The position numbers were made by a program, and so were the translations under genes. Below the pieces are notes generated by a model. It was not told the DNA's origin, searched no databases, and was given only the letters and a program-made list of their open reading frames with translations. From Cryomorphaceae bacterium (GTDB taxonomy: Bacteria; Bacteroidota; Bacteroidia; Flavobacteriales_D; Parvicellaceae): a DNA stretch of 64,000 bases. The DNA is taken from the NCBI GenBank assembly GCA_905182525.1, contig CAJJBV010000004.1, positions 132,068-196,067 on the forward strand, in the 5' to 3' direction. How positions within the stretch are numbered: position 1 is the first letter of the stretch; each line of letters begins with the position of its first letter. Of the stretch, positions 9,184 through 19,296 are shown one piece after another.

Positions 9184-10856
9184 TTATTTTTTAATTTCTT
9201 TGAAATATTGATTTAGAATTTTTTCATTTTTTGAGTCTGCTGTAAAAAATTCTAAAATCTCCATTTGATTACTTTTCATGATTTTATTAATGTATTCTAT
9301 TGCCTTTGATTCATTGTTTGCCCTTTGATAATTAATTTTATAAGTAGCAGCAATTTTTTCTAAACTTAAATTATGTGAAGTTTCAAAATGTTTTTTTGCA
9401 TATGGAGTAGTTTTAGGACCAGGAATAATATTAAAAATTCCACCTCCTTGGTTGTTAACTACTACTATTTTAAGATTTGGGGGAAGTGAATCATTCCAAA
9501 GTGAATTTTGATCATAAATAAAACTTAAATCTCCAGTGACAAGTAGGGTGGTATTATTCGTGCAATTTGCTGCACCAACTGCAGTTGAACAAGAGCCGTC
9601 AATTCCGCTTACTCCTCGGTTACTATTGTAAGAAACATCTTTTAAATTTGAAAAAAGTTGAATGTATCTTACACTGGAGCTATTTCCCATTTGAATATTT
9701 ATTTTTTCATTTTTATGCAATCTTGAATTACATCATGAGCTTTTAAATCAGACCAATCACATGATTTTAAAAAATCTCTGTGAAATTTCTCACTTAAATG
9801 GAATTCTTTTTCCCACATTTTACCGAAATTTGATTTATTTTCAACCGAAATATTTTCAATAAATTGTGAAAAGAATTCAATCGGTTTCAATGGAATAAAA
9901 TGTGTTATTGATGAAAAAATATCTTGAGCTCTATTAGTATCTTCAATATGCCAATGATGAGATGGCTTATTTTTTCTTAAAAGTTGCTTTAATTTTTTAG
10001 AAATTATAGAGTTACCTATTGTAATTACTAATTCAGGAATAAATTCTATTTCTCCATAGATTCTCTCTAATGTTCTATCAATACAACAAATAAAATTTTC
10101 ATTATGTAAGTTCGACGTACTTTCATTTAGGATACATAAAGAGTCATTATTATTAAGATCACTTAAGAGTTTATTTAATTGATCGCTCTTTTCTAAAGTT
10201 CCACAAATAATCATTTTTTTTGATGAATTTCCCCATATATTTTGAAGCTCTTTTAAATGATTACTGTCCAGTGATTTATTAACTTTTAAATGAGTTATTT
10301 TTCTAGTATTTACAATTGATTTATTTACAGTATCATAAAGTGGTTCTCTAAAAGGGAAATTAATATGTACGGGCTTAGATTCTATCTGTGAAACATGGAT
10401 AGCTTCATTAGTCATTACACCTGTTTGCCATAATGCATCAGGATGATCTAGCATAGGCAAATTAAAGCTGCCACCTATAAAATTCTCATAGACATTTTCT
10501 TGTCTCATTGACTGTCCTTCTCCATGGTCAATCCACTCAGGAGGACGATCTGCGGTAATAACAATAATTGGTATTTTTTGGTAATATGCTTCTACGATGG
10601 CAGGTGAGTAATTAACAACTGCACTTCCTGAAGTGGAACATATTGCAACTGGCTCTTTAAGCTGTTGAGCCATTCCCAATGCAAAAAAAGCTGCAGACCT
10701 TTCATCAACTAAAACTTTAATATTGAAATAATCATCGCTGTTAAACCCAATTACTAGTGGGGCATTTCTTGAACCTGGAGAAAACACAATATTTTTTATA
10801 TTATGTTTTTTTAGGAGGTCAACAACTACTTGTACTCTTAGTGATGCAGATGTCAT
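9184..10856 (-). pseudogene. menD: SEPHCHC synthase (MenD), ThDP enzyme, one frame change
   Basis: ORF 9699..10856 carries the N-terminal and middle ThDP domains (FSPGSRNAPL...STSGSAVVNY). ORF 9184..9720 carries the PP domain (GNSSSVRY...GVSGIDGSCSTAVGAA...GDLSFIYDQNSL). The ORFs overlap by 22 nt around an A6 run on the minus strand at 9702..9707. Confidence 0.85.
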
Positions 10857-10867
10857 TATTTAAAGTT

Positions 10868-11863
10868 CTACAATTTTTTAATCACAGACAAAAGCGTTTG
10901 AGATTTTATTTCAGTTTCTTTATATTCTTCTAGAGGATTACTTTGCTTTGTTATTCCTCCACCAACAAATATATGTGCTTCTTCAAATATAAACCTTCCG
11001 CATCTTAAGTTCACTTTTATATCACATTTGTTTTTATCTATAACTCCAATATAACCGCAGTAAAATTCTCTTTTATGGAGCTCTAGTTTTTGAATAATGT
11101 CTAAAGATTTCTCGAGCGGAATACCTGCAACAGCAGGTGTAGGGTGAAGTGAATTTATAAATGATAAATAATTCACTTTTAGTTGAAAATTAAAATCTTT
11201 ATTTAGATGGACTACTTTACCAGCATTTTTTTCATGAATATTAGATTCATTTATAATATTACCATCTTCCAATATTTTTTTTTCTATATAATCTACGACA
11301 TACCTATGTTCATTTATTTCTTTCTCACTCCATTTAAATGACTCAGAATTTGATTTGCTTCCTGCAAGGGCATGGGTATAGAATCCGTTTTCAATATTCC
11401 CTTTAATCAAAGTTTCTGGTGATATTCCAATCCACAATCCATATTTAGGGTGATTTAATATGTATTTAAATCCATCTTCATATGTTTTACATAATTCTTC
11501 ATATACTTCATAATAATTATTACAATCAAAATTAACTTTAACAACTCTACTTAAAATACATTTTTCTATTGTATTTGACTTGCAGAAATTAATTGTTTTT
11601 TTTACAGAATCCTCATAATCAATCTGATTTGTTTCTGTCACTTTAAAAAAAATAGGGTTTTTAATGGATACCTCTTCTTGAAGATTTTTTATTTCACTAT
11701 CTAGAACATAAGTTTCATTATTAAATACATTACAAATAAATGATGGACTATTTACATCTTTGTTGAAATCTAATAATTTCCATTTCCCAATAGATATTTT
11801 ATTTTTTTTCGAATTAGAATCTTGATAGATTACAAAGCTGTCCTTCCCAGAAAGGTGGATCAT
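10868..11863 (-). CDS. menF: Isochorismate synthase
   Basis: 331 aa chorismate-binding fold: SLHPTPAVAGIP, EFYCGYIGV, GGGITKQSNPLEEYKETEIK. Lies in men-gene context. Confidence 0.8.
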   Translation of the reverse strand: MIHLSGKDSFVIYQDSNSKKNKISIGKWKLLDFNKDVNSPSFICNVFNNETYVLDSEIKNLQEEVSIKNPIFFKVTETNQIDYEDSVKKTINFCKSNTIEKCILSRVVKVNFDCNNYYEVYEELCKTYEDGFKYILNHPKYGLWIGISPETLIKGNIENGFYTHALAGSKSNSESFKWSEKEINEHRYVVDYIEKKILEDGNIINESNIHEKNAGKVVHLNKDFNFQLKVNYLSFINSLHPTPAVAGIPLEKSLDIIQKLELHKREFYCGYIGVIDKNKCDIKVNLRCGRFIFEEAHIFVGGGITKQSNPLEEYKETEIKSQTLLSVIKKL

Positions 11864-12288
11864 TTTTCTTTTCTTTTTTTGATAATCATAACAGTTAATC
11901 TACAGATAGAAATTAATTTTTTATCATCATCTATTATTTCTATACTCCAAATATGAGTCGATTTCCCCTTGTGAATAAGATTTCCTTTTCCTGTTACAAA
12001 ATTATTTTTTGCACTTCCTATGTGGTTTGCATTAATAGATAGCCCTACAGCATATTCTGTTTTTGAGTCAATTAACAGGTTAGAACCTACACTCCCAATA
12101 GACTCTGCTAAAGCAACACTAGCTCCACCGTGTAGAATCCCCATAGGTTGAGTAGTTTTATAATTCACAGGCATTTTAGCAATTAAAAAATCAGAACCTA
12201 TTTCTATAAATTCTATATCTAAATGTGACAATAGTGTATTTTCAGAATATGAGTTTACTTTACTTATTGTTACATGTTTCGGAAACAT
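11860..12288 (-). CDS. Hotdog-fold (PaaI/YbdB-type) thioesterase, candidate DHNA-CoA hydrolase
   Basis: 142 aa with GILHGGASVALAESIGS, the signature of PaaI-type thioesterases. It overlaps menF by 4 nt. The DHNA-CoA role is inferred from context only. Confidence 0.65.
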   Translation of the reverse strand: MFPKHVTISKVNSYSENTLLSHLDIEFIEIGSDFLIAKMPVNYKTTQPMGILHGGASVALAESIGSVGSNLLIDSKTEYAVGLSINANHIGSAKNNFVTGKGNLIHKGKSTHIWSIEIIDDDKKLISICRLTVMIIKKRKEK

Positions 12289-12291
12289 AAT

Positions 12292-14311
12292 TTAGTCTAT
12301 TAAAATTATTTTATAATTGAAAACAGGATTATTTTCAAATTTTAAATAATAAACACCAGGATTTCCACCTTTAATATTTACAGTTAAATTATCAGATAAT
12401 TTCAAGAGAATTAAAATTAATTTTTTGAATGACTTCTCCAATACTATTGTAAATAAATCCTGTCCCAAGATTTTTAATACTTTCTTTAGACATATTTAAA
12501 TTAAAAGTTCCATTATTAGGGTTTGGATATATAAGTTTTTTTGTAATATCATTGACTTCAATATTAGTGGTAAGAGGAAGAACTTTAATAACAGTATCAA
12601 CTAAACATGTCTCTTGATTGTTGGTTACAGTTAATTGAACCTGAAATAATCCTGAACTGTTAAATATTACTCCACTTGGACTTTGATTTGTAGAATTAGG
12701 GACAGAAACTCCGCCTAATCCAGTCTTGTCAAAATTCCAATTATAATTTGCAGTTGTTAAATTACTTCCGCCGAAGAAATCAATAGATTCACCATTATTA
12801 ATGGTGTCACTTAATGCCTGTGTTTGAGAATTCCAAAATGCAATTTCACATTCTAGAACTGTTCCGCTACACGGAGCATAAGTTCCATCTAGTGAGTTAA
12901 CATTTAAATTTAAAGGGTCTAACCATGGCTTTAGTTTTGCACCAGGTGAACTTCCATTTGAAGACCAACTTGTAGAAAATTTACCAAACTGGTCTGGAGA
13001 ATTTGGGGAACTACAAAAAGAAGACCCACCACTTAATTGTCCAATAATTTTTTTATTTTGATTAAATAAAGATGCTCCTGAGGATCCAGCTTCTGTTACC
13101 CCATGTCCGTTACTAGTTGATGACCATGTTACATTCCAATGAGCATTTGCGGCTCCTCCATTAAAAGATGTGCTCGTAGGAGGATTGCTGAAAGTTGATA
13201 TTTTTTTTGCACTTCCACTAGGATGGTGAATACTAACTCCATTTGAAATAGAACTAGTTGATCTATCCCAGCCTGCATAAAATGTATTATATGAACTTGG
13301 AATAATCGAATTTAATTCAACCAGTGCAAAATCTGATCCAGCTTCTTGATTACTTGATGGAGGATTATTAAGAGTTCCACTTCCGGAAGACGCTCTAACA
13401 ACTCCATTAATCATAGTTTGGTTACCTTTTGATGGGTTTGATCCATTTGTGTTTGGCTGACAGCTACTTTTTTGATAATTCCAATACCATGTATAGCCAC
13501 TTAAATTTTGATTTGCTTGATTATCCCCACAATGCCATGCAGTTAGGATATATGGAGTACAATCATCGGCAGTATTATTTATTACAGAACCAGAACATGA
13601 AAAAATAAAGAGATTGTACGTATGTAAAATGAACTACGGCATCTATTGGTTCGGACCATCCAATATTTTCTGGAGAACAAGCAACATCAATTTGACATGG
13701 ATCAGCTCTTGAAAATCCAGGGTTAAATTTGAAGAGTTTTTAAATGGTTTTAAATAATCTTCAAAACCTCTAAACATATATCCAATTTTATTTAAAGTAA
13801 TATCTAAATTTCCAGATGAATTTTGTGGTTGGTAATATTCAATAATGGATACTTCACCTTCTACTATTTGAGTATGTGTTAATGGATTAATTGAATTTGT
13901 AGTTGAATTAAATTTGCCAATAACATGCTTTTTATTTTCATTGTAAACAAATAACTCAGCACCTTTTGGAATTATAAATTTTTCGAAAAATAGAGATATC
14001 CCAATCGCTGATTTACTTCGAATTTTTAAAAAACATGACTTGGAACCATCGGAATGGGAAATCCAAGTGCCATTTTTTGTTAGTGAAAGTTGCACATCTT
14101 TTATTATGCCAACTAAATAGTCATCTTCATTATTGTTTATTTCAGATTGAATTTCTGTTAAAGATGGCTGGTCAATATTGAATTCAGAAATTATAGGTTC
14201 GATATTATTTTTAAAAGAATATGGTATTCCCCCTTCTGAAATCTGACTAAAAAAAGCAGAAGAATAAAGAATAAACACACATAAAATAAAATTATTTTTA
14301 GGATTTATCAT
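12292..14311 (-). pseudogene. Secreted trypsin-fold (S1) lysyl-endopeptidase-like protease with PKD-like domain and type A T9SS sorting domain, 3 frame changes
   Basis: Signal peptide at 14311. Catalytic His context LTAWHCG lies in the stretch just upstream (5') of the track ORF's first Met, in the same open frame. Catalytic Ser is in GSSGASLF. C-terminal LIYPNPNNGTFNL...IYNSIGEV continues, after a frame change near 12392..12400, as SDNLTVNIKGGNPGVYYLKFENNPVFNYKIILID with the stop at 12292. Further frame changes lie near ~13600 and ~13740. Confidence 0.7.
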
Positions 14312-14397
14312 AATAGATAAAATTACAAAAAAAATAAAGCACTCGATTTTATTATTAATAATATGCTGAAGACCTAATCAATTTTTTAATTTTGAGT

Positions 14398-15084
14398 ATG
14401 AAGAGAATTATGTTAGTTGAAGATGAAGAGAATTTACATTTAGCAATTAAATTGAATTTAGAAATGGAAAATTACAACGTTACTTCTGTTTATAATGGAA
14501 AGAATGCCGCAATAAAGTTTCGTCAAGGAAGATTTGATTTAATAATATTGGACGTAATGCTCCCTGAAATTAATGGTTTTGATATTTGCGAATCTATAAG
14601 ACTCGAAAACTCTAAAGTCCCAATTTTATTTCTTACAGCAAAATCTTCAAATGAAGATAAATTAACAGGATTAAAAATAGCAGATGACTATCTAACAAAG
14701 CCTTTCAATTTAAAAGAGCTTTTAATTAGAGTCGAAAATTTAATTAAAAGAACACAATATGAAGAAAAACCAAGCGAAAAAAATAAATTATTTATAGCTG
14801 GATGTAATATTGATTTTAAATCATTTGTTGTTAAAAATAGTCATGGTGATATTTTGACCTTGACCTACAAGCAAATTAAGTTATTGAAATTATTCATTGA
14901 GAAGAAAAATCAAGTTATTAGCAGGCAAGAAATTTTAGAAAAAGTCTGGGGTTATGATGTTTATCCATCTTCTAGGACAATTGATAATTTCATTCTTCTT
15001 TTTAGAAAAGTATTTGAAAAAAATCTACCTTCATCAACTTATTTTAAATCAATAAGAGGTGTTGGTTATAAGTTTATAGCTTAA
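14398..15084 (+). CDS. OmpR/PhoB-family response regulator (receiver + winged helix)
   Basis: MKRIMLVEDEE...DLIILDVMLPEINGF...LTAKS...KPF receiver motifs, plus a C-terminal RTIDNFILLFRKVF...IRGVGYKF winged helix. The first ATG is at 14398; the track start at 14392 is TTG. Confidence 0.88.
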   Translation: MKRIMLVEDEENLHLAIKLNLEMENYNVTSVYNGKNAAIKFRQGRFDLIILDVMLPEINGFDICESIRLENSKVPILFLTAKSSNEDKLTGLKIADDYLTKPFNLKELLIRVENLIKRTQYEEKPSEKNKLFIAGCNIDFKSFVVKNSHGDILTLTYKQIKLLKLFIEKKNQVISRQEILEKVWGYDVYPSSRTIDNFILLFRKVFEKNLPSSTYFKSIRGVGYKFIA

Positions 15085-17765
15085 CATATTTCACAGTATT
15101 TGCTATTAAGATCATGTTTAAATATTTCAGTATTATTTATTTCTGTCAAAAATTCGTCTAACCATATTTGGAAATTATTGATCACATCATTTTCAATAAA
15201 AGTCTTCTTTTTATACGTTAAATTTAATTTTGGTTGAAATGTATTTTTTAATGAAATAATTTGGCATTGTAAATATTCATCTGAATTATAATTTTTTCTC
15301 CAAAGTAATGCATAAAACAATAATTGAAGAGATTTTTGTTTTTTAGATAATTGATCAAAGTCATAGATATTTAATTCATTCTGTTGCACCATTCCTGTTT
15401 TATAGTCAATCAACCTTATTCCTTGATCAGTTAGATCTACTCTGTCAATATGCCCCAATAATTTGATGTTTTTAGTTAGTCCATCTTTTTTTAAGGAACT
15501 TTCAAAATTCAACTCTTTTTCAATTTCGAGTATTTTATAACTTCCAAATTCTTTTATATCCAAAATTTCTTTTTCAAGTAAACTTTCCAAACACTTTTTA
15601 TAATGATGATATACTAAGGCATTTTTACCATTTATAAATCTTTTGTCAGTGAAAACTTTACTAAAAGTCTGCAGCATTATTTCAGAAAAATCTTTTTTAA
15701 TTTTTATTATTTCTTCAATATCTATTTTTCTTTCCTTGAAGAATAATTTCTCTAATGTTTTATGAATTGCTATTCCCCATTCACTAGGTTCTAAATACTG
15801 ATGCAGTTTTTTCTTTTCTTTAATTTTCAGAACATATTTAAAATAAAAATCTAGTTCACAGTTACAATATTTTTGAATTGATGAAGGTGAAATTCCATTT
15901 TTCATCCAACTATTTATAAGTTGTTTAATTTCTTGATTGTTTTTGACAAAATGTTTATTTTGAACAAGATCCATTTTAACATGATGATAATTTATAGTAA
16001 TATTATTTAGATCTCCCATTTCTTTTTCAATCTGTCTTATATATCTGCTAGGTTCATTATAATTTAAACCTTTATTGTCGCCTTTTACATATAGAATATT
16101 AATGTTTTTTGCATAATGAAAATTTCTATAAAAATAATATGCTGATAATGCCTCTCTTTCGTAAATAGAAGGTATTCCAAAGAATTTTTTTAAATCTTCA
16201 GGGAAAAGATCTTCTGTATTAGGTTTTGCAGGTAAATATTCCTCGTTGCAAGATAAAAAAATGATATTTTCATAATCTATTATTCTACTTTCTAAAAGTC
16301 CTATTATTTGAATTCTAGAATCGTTTTCACCTTTTACCACAACACTTAGTCGGTTTATTTCAGTCATGAAAATCTTTATAAATTCTCTATGATTTATATT
16401 TGTTTTATAATGTTCTATTAGTCCATTTATTTTTTGAACTTGTATCTTTATTTTATTAATAATCGAAACTTCCTTGTCATTTTTTAAGTAAATTATTTCT
16501 AATACGTTTAAAAGTTCTAGTAATTTTTTTGAAATATTTGACCTAGCTGAGTCGAAAAAATTTTCAAGTGAAGTCATTATTTGATCAATTATCGAGTGTA
16601 TTTTTTTTGCTCTTATAATATTTATCTCAAATGATTTTTGGTCTCTGTTTATAAATAGTCCTTGAATTTTTTCTTTTGAAACTACACTTTCAATACAACT
16701 AAAATTTACTAGGTTTTCAATCCATTGATAATTAACTTTTTTTGTTTTAAAAATTGTTTCTGAGTCTAATAAAAATTTAATTAAATGATTGCTTTCAAAG
16801 TATTTAAATTTTAATCCCGAAGAAAAATTTATATTTTTTTCGCTTTTATAAAGCTTTTGATAGACAAGTGGACCTAATGTTTCATCCATTAAAATAATGG
16901 TGTATTTTTTTTTGCTTTTTTTTATAATATTGTCAACAATATCAACTTGTTGATTTGCAGTTAGAGAGGAATAAATATTTATCTCTTTTTTATTTTCTTT
17001 AATTTTTTTAAATGATTCATTGTAAAACTTATTCTGATGTTTTCTATAGAAGTGTCCTGCTTCATGGTCAATATTTGATGTGTAAAAATCATCAGTATCA
17101 ACAATAACTTTTGATAAATTATTTTTTGTTAAATAGTTAACAATTGTTTCTTCACTTTTCGAAAGAGCGTTTAATCCTATAAAGTATATAACTTTTTCAC
17201 TCTTAATGTATTTCGTGGGGGTTTCTGCTATTCTTCTTGTTATTAATCCATTAACACCTTTCTTTTCTTTTATTAACTGATTTTTAAAATTTTCATATAA
17301 TTCACCTGTTTTTTTAAATAGTTTAATGTAATTGTATTGATTTTCGGAAAGGTTTTCATCATTTAAGCTCCAATTTTCAATACCTGATATATTATCTAAT
17401 TCTTGAAATAATTTATGATGTTCTATCATATTTCTTTCAACATCATTAAAGTTTTTTAAAAGTAAGTCCGATCTATTTTGAAAGTCTTTATACTCAATTT
17501 GATTATCTAATTTTAATGCTTGCTCATACATTATTAATTTAGCTTCAAGATTAGATATTGTATTTAAATCTATTATTGAATTAAAATAATTTTGTATTGT
17601 TTTAATTTCAGGGTATATAACAGACTTTTTAAGAGCAGTTGACAGGCTTTTTTTGAGATTCCATTTTGATCTTTCTGACGGTACAATAATGGTTAAAAGA
17701 TGTAGATTCTTAGATGGGTAATCATTTAAAATTTCTTTTACAGCATAGTCTAGGAATTTTTCCAT
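15081..17765 (-). CDS. PD-(D/E)XK nuclease family protein, AddB/RexB-like subunit
   Basis: 894 aa. C-terminal RecB-type nuclease motifs GHIDRVD and LIDYKTG. I could find no P-loop. Size and the presence of a partner gene (21494..24526) match the Bacteroidota AddAB-like pair. Confidence 0.7.
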   Translation of the reverse strand: MEKFLDYAVKEILNDYPSKNLHLLTIIVPSERSKWNLKKSLSTALKKSVIYPEIKTIQNYFNSIIDLNTISNLEAKLIMYEQALKLDNQIEYKDFQNRSDLLLKNFNDVERNMIEHHKLFQELDNISGIENWSLNDENLSENQYNYIKLFKKTGELYENFKNQLIKEKKGVNGLITRRIAETPTKYIKSEKVIYFIGLNALSKSEETIVNYLTKNNLSKVIVDTDDFYTSNIDHEAGHFYRKHQNKFYNESFKKIKENKKEINIYSSLTANQQVDIVDNIIKKSKKKYTIILMDETLGPLVYQKLYKSEKNINFSSGLKFKYFESNHLIKFLLDSETIFKTKKVNYQWIENLVNFSCIESVVSKEKIQGLFINRDQKSFEINIIRAKKIHSIIDQIMTSLENFFDSARSNISKKLLELLNVLEIIYLKNDKEVSIINKIKIQVQKINGLIEHYKTNINHREFIKIFMTEINRLSVVVKGENDSRIQIIGLLESRIIDYENIIFLSCNEEYLPAKPNTEDLFPEDLKKFFGIPSIYEREALSAYYFYRNFHYAKNINILYVKGDNKGLNYNEPSRYIRQIEKEMGDLNNITINYHHVKMDLVQNKHFVKNNQEIKQLINSWMKNGISPSSIQKYCNCELDFYFKYVLKIKEKKKLHQYLEPSEWGIAIHKTLEKLFFKERKIDIEEIIKIKKDFSEIMLQTFSKVFTDKRFINGKNALVYHHYKKCLESLLEKEILDIKEFGSYKILEIEKELNFESSLKKDGLTKNIKLLGHIDRVDLTDQGIRLIDYKTGMVQQNELNIYDFDQLSKKQKSLQLLFYALLWRKNYNSDEYLQCQIISLKNTFQPKLNLTYKKKTFIENDVINNFQIWLDEFLTEINNTEIFKHDLNSKYCEIC

Positions 17766-17790
17766 AATTAAAAGTAAAACTTTTAATTAT

Positions 17791-18228
17791 TTATTTGATT
17801 ACTTCCCACGTATGATCTGCTAATAATTTGACTGTACTAATGAAATTTAGTGGACTTCCTTTTCTACCCCACTCATTTGATGCAATCATCATTAGATAAA
17901 ATTTCTCTTCTTCATCTTTATATAAATGATAAATATGTGATATTATAGGTTCAAATCTAATTTCAGCATGATATATCATTTCTGAAATTTCAACTCGATC
18001 TTTAATCGTATTTGCCTGTTGAGCTAATAGGCTCATTTGTTGTTTAATTTGATCAAGCTGCATCTCTGTTTGGTATTCCATTGCAGAAATTGCTTTCGAT
18101 TTTATAGCTCCTTGCTTAGTTGGTATCACAGGAAAACTTCCTCTGTGATGACCATATGTTAACGTACCAGGTTTTTCTGTGATGTTATCCTTATCTATAG
18201 GATTTATTATTTCTTTTTTCTTTTTCAA
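17791..18228 (-). CDS. Conserved hypothetical protein, DUF2452-like
   Basis: 145 aa, no signal peptide. The pattern NPID...GHHRGS...AMEYQTEMQLDQIKQQMSLLAQQANTIKDRV...EWG...LLADHTWEV resembles DUF2452 proteins as I remember them. Not verifiable here. Confidence 0.45.
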   Translation of the reverse strand: MKKKKEIINPIDKDNITEKPGTLTYGHHRGSFPVIPTKQGAIKSKAISAMEYQTEMQLDQIKQQMSLLAQQANTIKDRVEISEMIYHAEIRFEPIISHIYHLYKDEEEKFYLMMIASNEWGRKGSPLNFISTVKLLADHTWEVIK

Positions 18229-18232
18229 GGGT

Positions 18233-19291
18233 CTAAAATGGATTTGAGAATTTTGTATTATTTATAAAGTCTGGATCAGATAAAGTAAGTAAAAAGGATT
18301 TTAGTTCACTTCGCTCTTTAGGATTTAGTTGTACTCCACCTTGAGACGCAAACTCTATTAGGGGATCAATATTAGGTGAATTTGGATGAATACCTATACT
18401 GTAAAAATCAATAACTTCATCTAAGGTATTAAATCTTCCATCATGCATATAAGGTGCACTATATTCAATATTTCTTATAGATGGTACTTTAAACTTAAAA
18501 TTATCCTTAGTTTCTCTTGTGACAATACCTCTCCCAGAATCAATTGGAATTTCATCAAGTCCATTATTTTTAAAAGATAAATCTGTTCCTAAAATACCTC
18601 CATGACAATGAAAACAATCTCCTCCATTTAAACTATTAAATGATGATAAACCAGCATTTTCTTCAGGTGTTAAAACTGCTTCTCCTCTCAAATATTTATC
18701 GTACTTTGAGTTTGAAGAAACCATTGTTCTTAAAAACTGAGCTATTGCTTTTACTGCATGAATTGAGTCTGGCTCTACAGTTCCAAATGCTTCATAAAAC
18801 ATTCTTCTATAATTATTATCATATTTAATTTCTGTAAAAAAATTACTCCATGTTTCATCCATTTCAGTACTATCTAAAACGGGGATTAGTATTTGTTTTT
18901 CTAAAGAAATAAAACTTCCATCCCAAAAAAAATCTTTTGACCATGCTAAGTTTTGAAGAACCATTGCATTTCTAGTTCCTAAATCACCATGGATTCCAAC
19001 GCTTAAACTTGAAGGATCAGAAAAAGCATTTTCTGGTAAATGACAACTTGCACAAGAAATTGAATTATCTCCACTTAGTTTTGTTTCCCAGAACAAATGT
19101 CTTCCTAAAAGAACTCCTTGCTCTGTCAATGGGTTATCAATAGGATGCTCAATTTCTGGAAAATTATTAGGAAGATCAATTTTAAGCGGAATAGGTTGAA
19201 AAGAAGAATTAATCTCATTTTTCTTCTGACATCCAATAATCAAAACAATTGACACAATTAATATTTCAATATTCCAAGGTAGTTTATTCAA
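18233..19291 (-). CDS. Di-haem cytochrome c peroxidase / MauG-family protein (MbnH-like), lipoprotein
   Basis: Lipobox LIIGC. Two CXXCH motifs (CASCH, CFHCH) and PYMHDGRFNTLDEVIDFY, typical of the CCP/MauG family. Confidence 0.88.
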   Translation of the reverse strand: MNKLPWNIEILIVSIVLIIGCQKKNEINSSFQPIPLKIDLPNNFPEIEHPIDNPLTEQGVLLGRHLFWETKLSGDNSISCASCHLPENAFSDPSSLSVGIHGDLGTRNAMVLQNLAWSKDFFWDGSFISLEKQILIPVLDSTEMDETWSNFFTEIKYDNNYRRMFYEAFGTVEPDSIHAVKAIAQFLRTMVSSNSKYDKYLRGEAVLTPEENAGLSSFNSLNGGDCFHCHGGILGTDLSFKNNGLDEIPIDSGRGIVTRETKDNFKFKVPSIRNIEYSAPYMHDGRFNTLDEVIDFYSIGIHPNSPNIDPLIEFASQGGVQLNPKERSELKSFLLTLSDPDFINNTKFSNPF

Positions 19292-19296
19292 ATTAA

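Noticed and set aside
9699-9720. Programmed ribosomal frameshifting or an alternative genetic code as the explanation for split genes
   Set aside because: There is no shared slippery heptamer or downstream structure at the sites. TGA, TAA and TAG all terminate intact conserved genes at the expected positions and Trp is TGG, so code 11 fits. The sites are heterogeneous.
14387-14394. TAATTTTG as promoter -7 box for the response regulator
   Set aside because: It ends only 3 nt before the ATG at 14398, so the predicted transcription start would fall inside the coding sequence. This is probably a chance match in AT-rich DNA.
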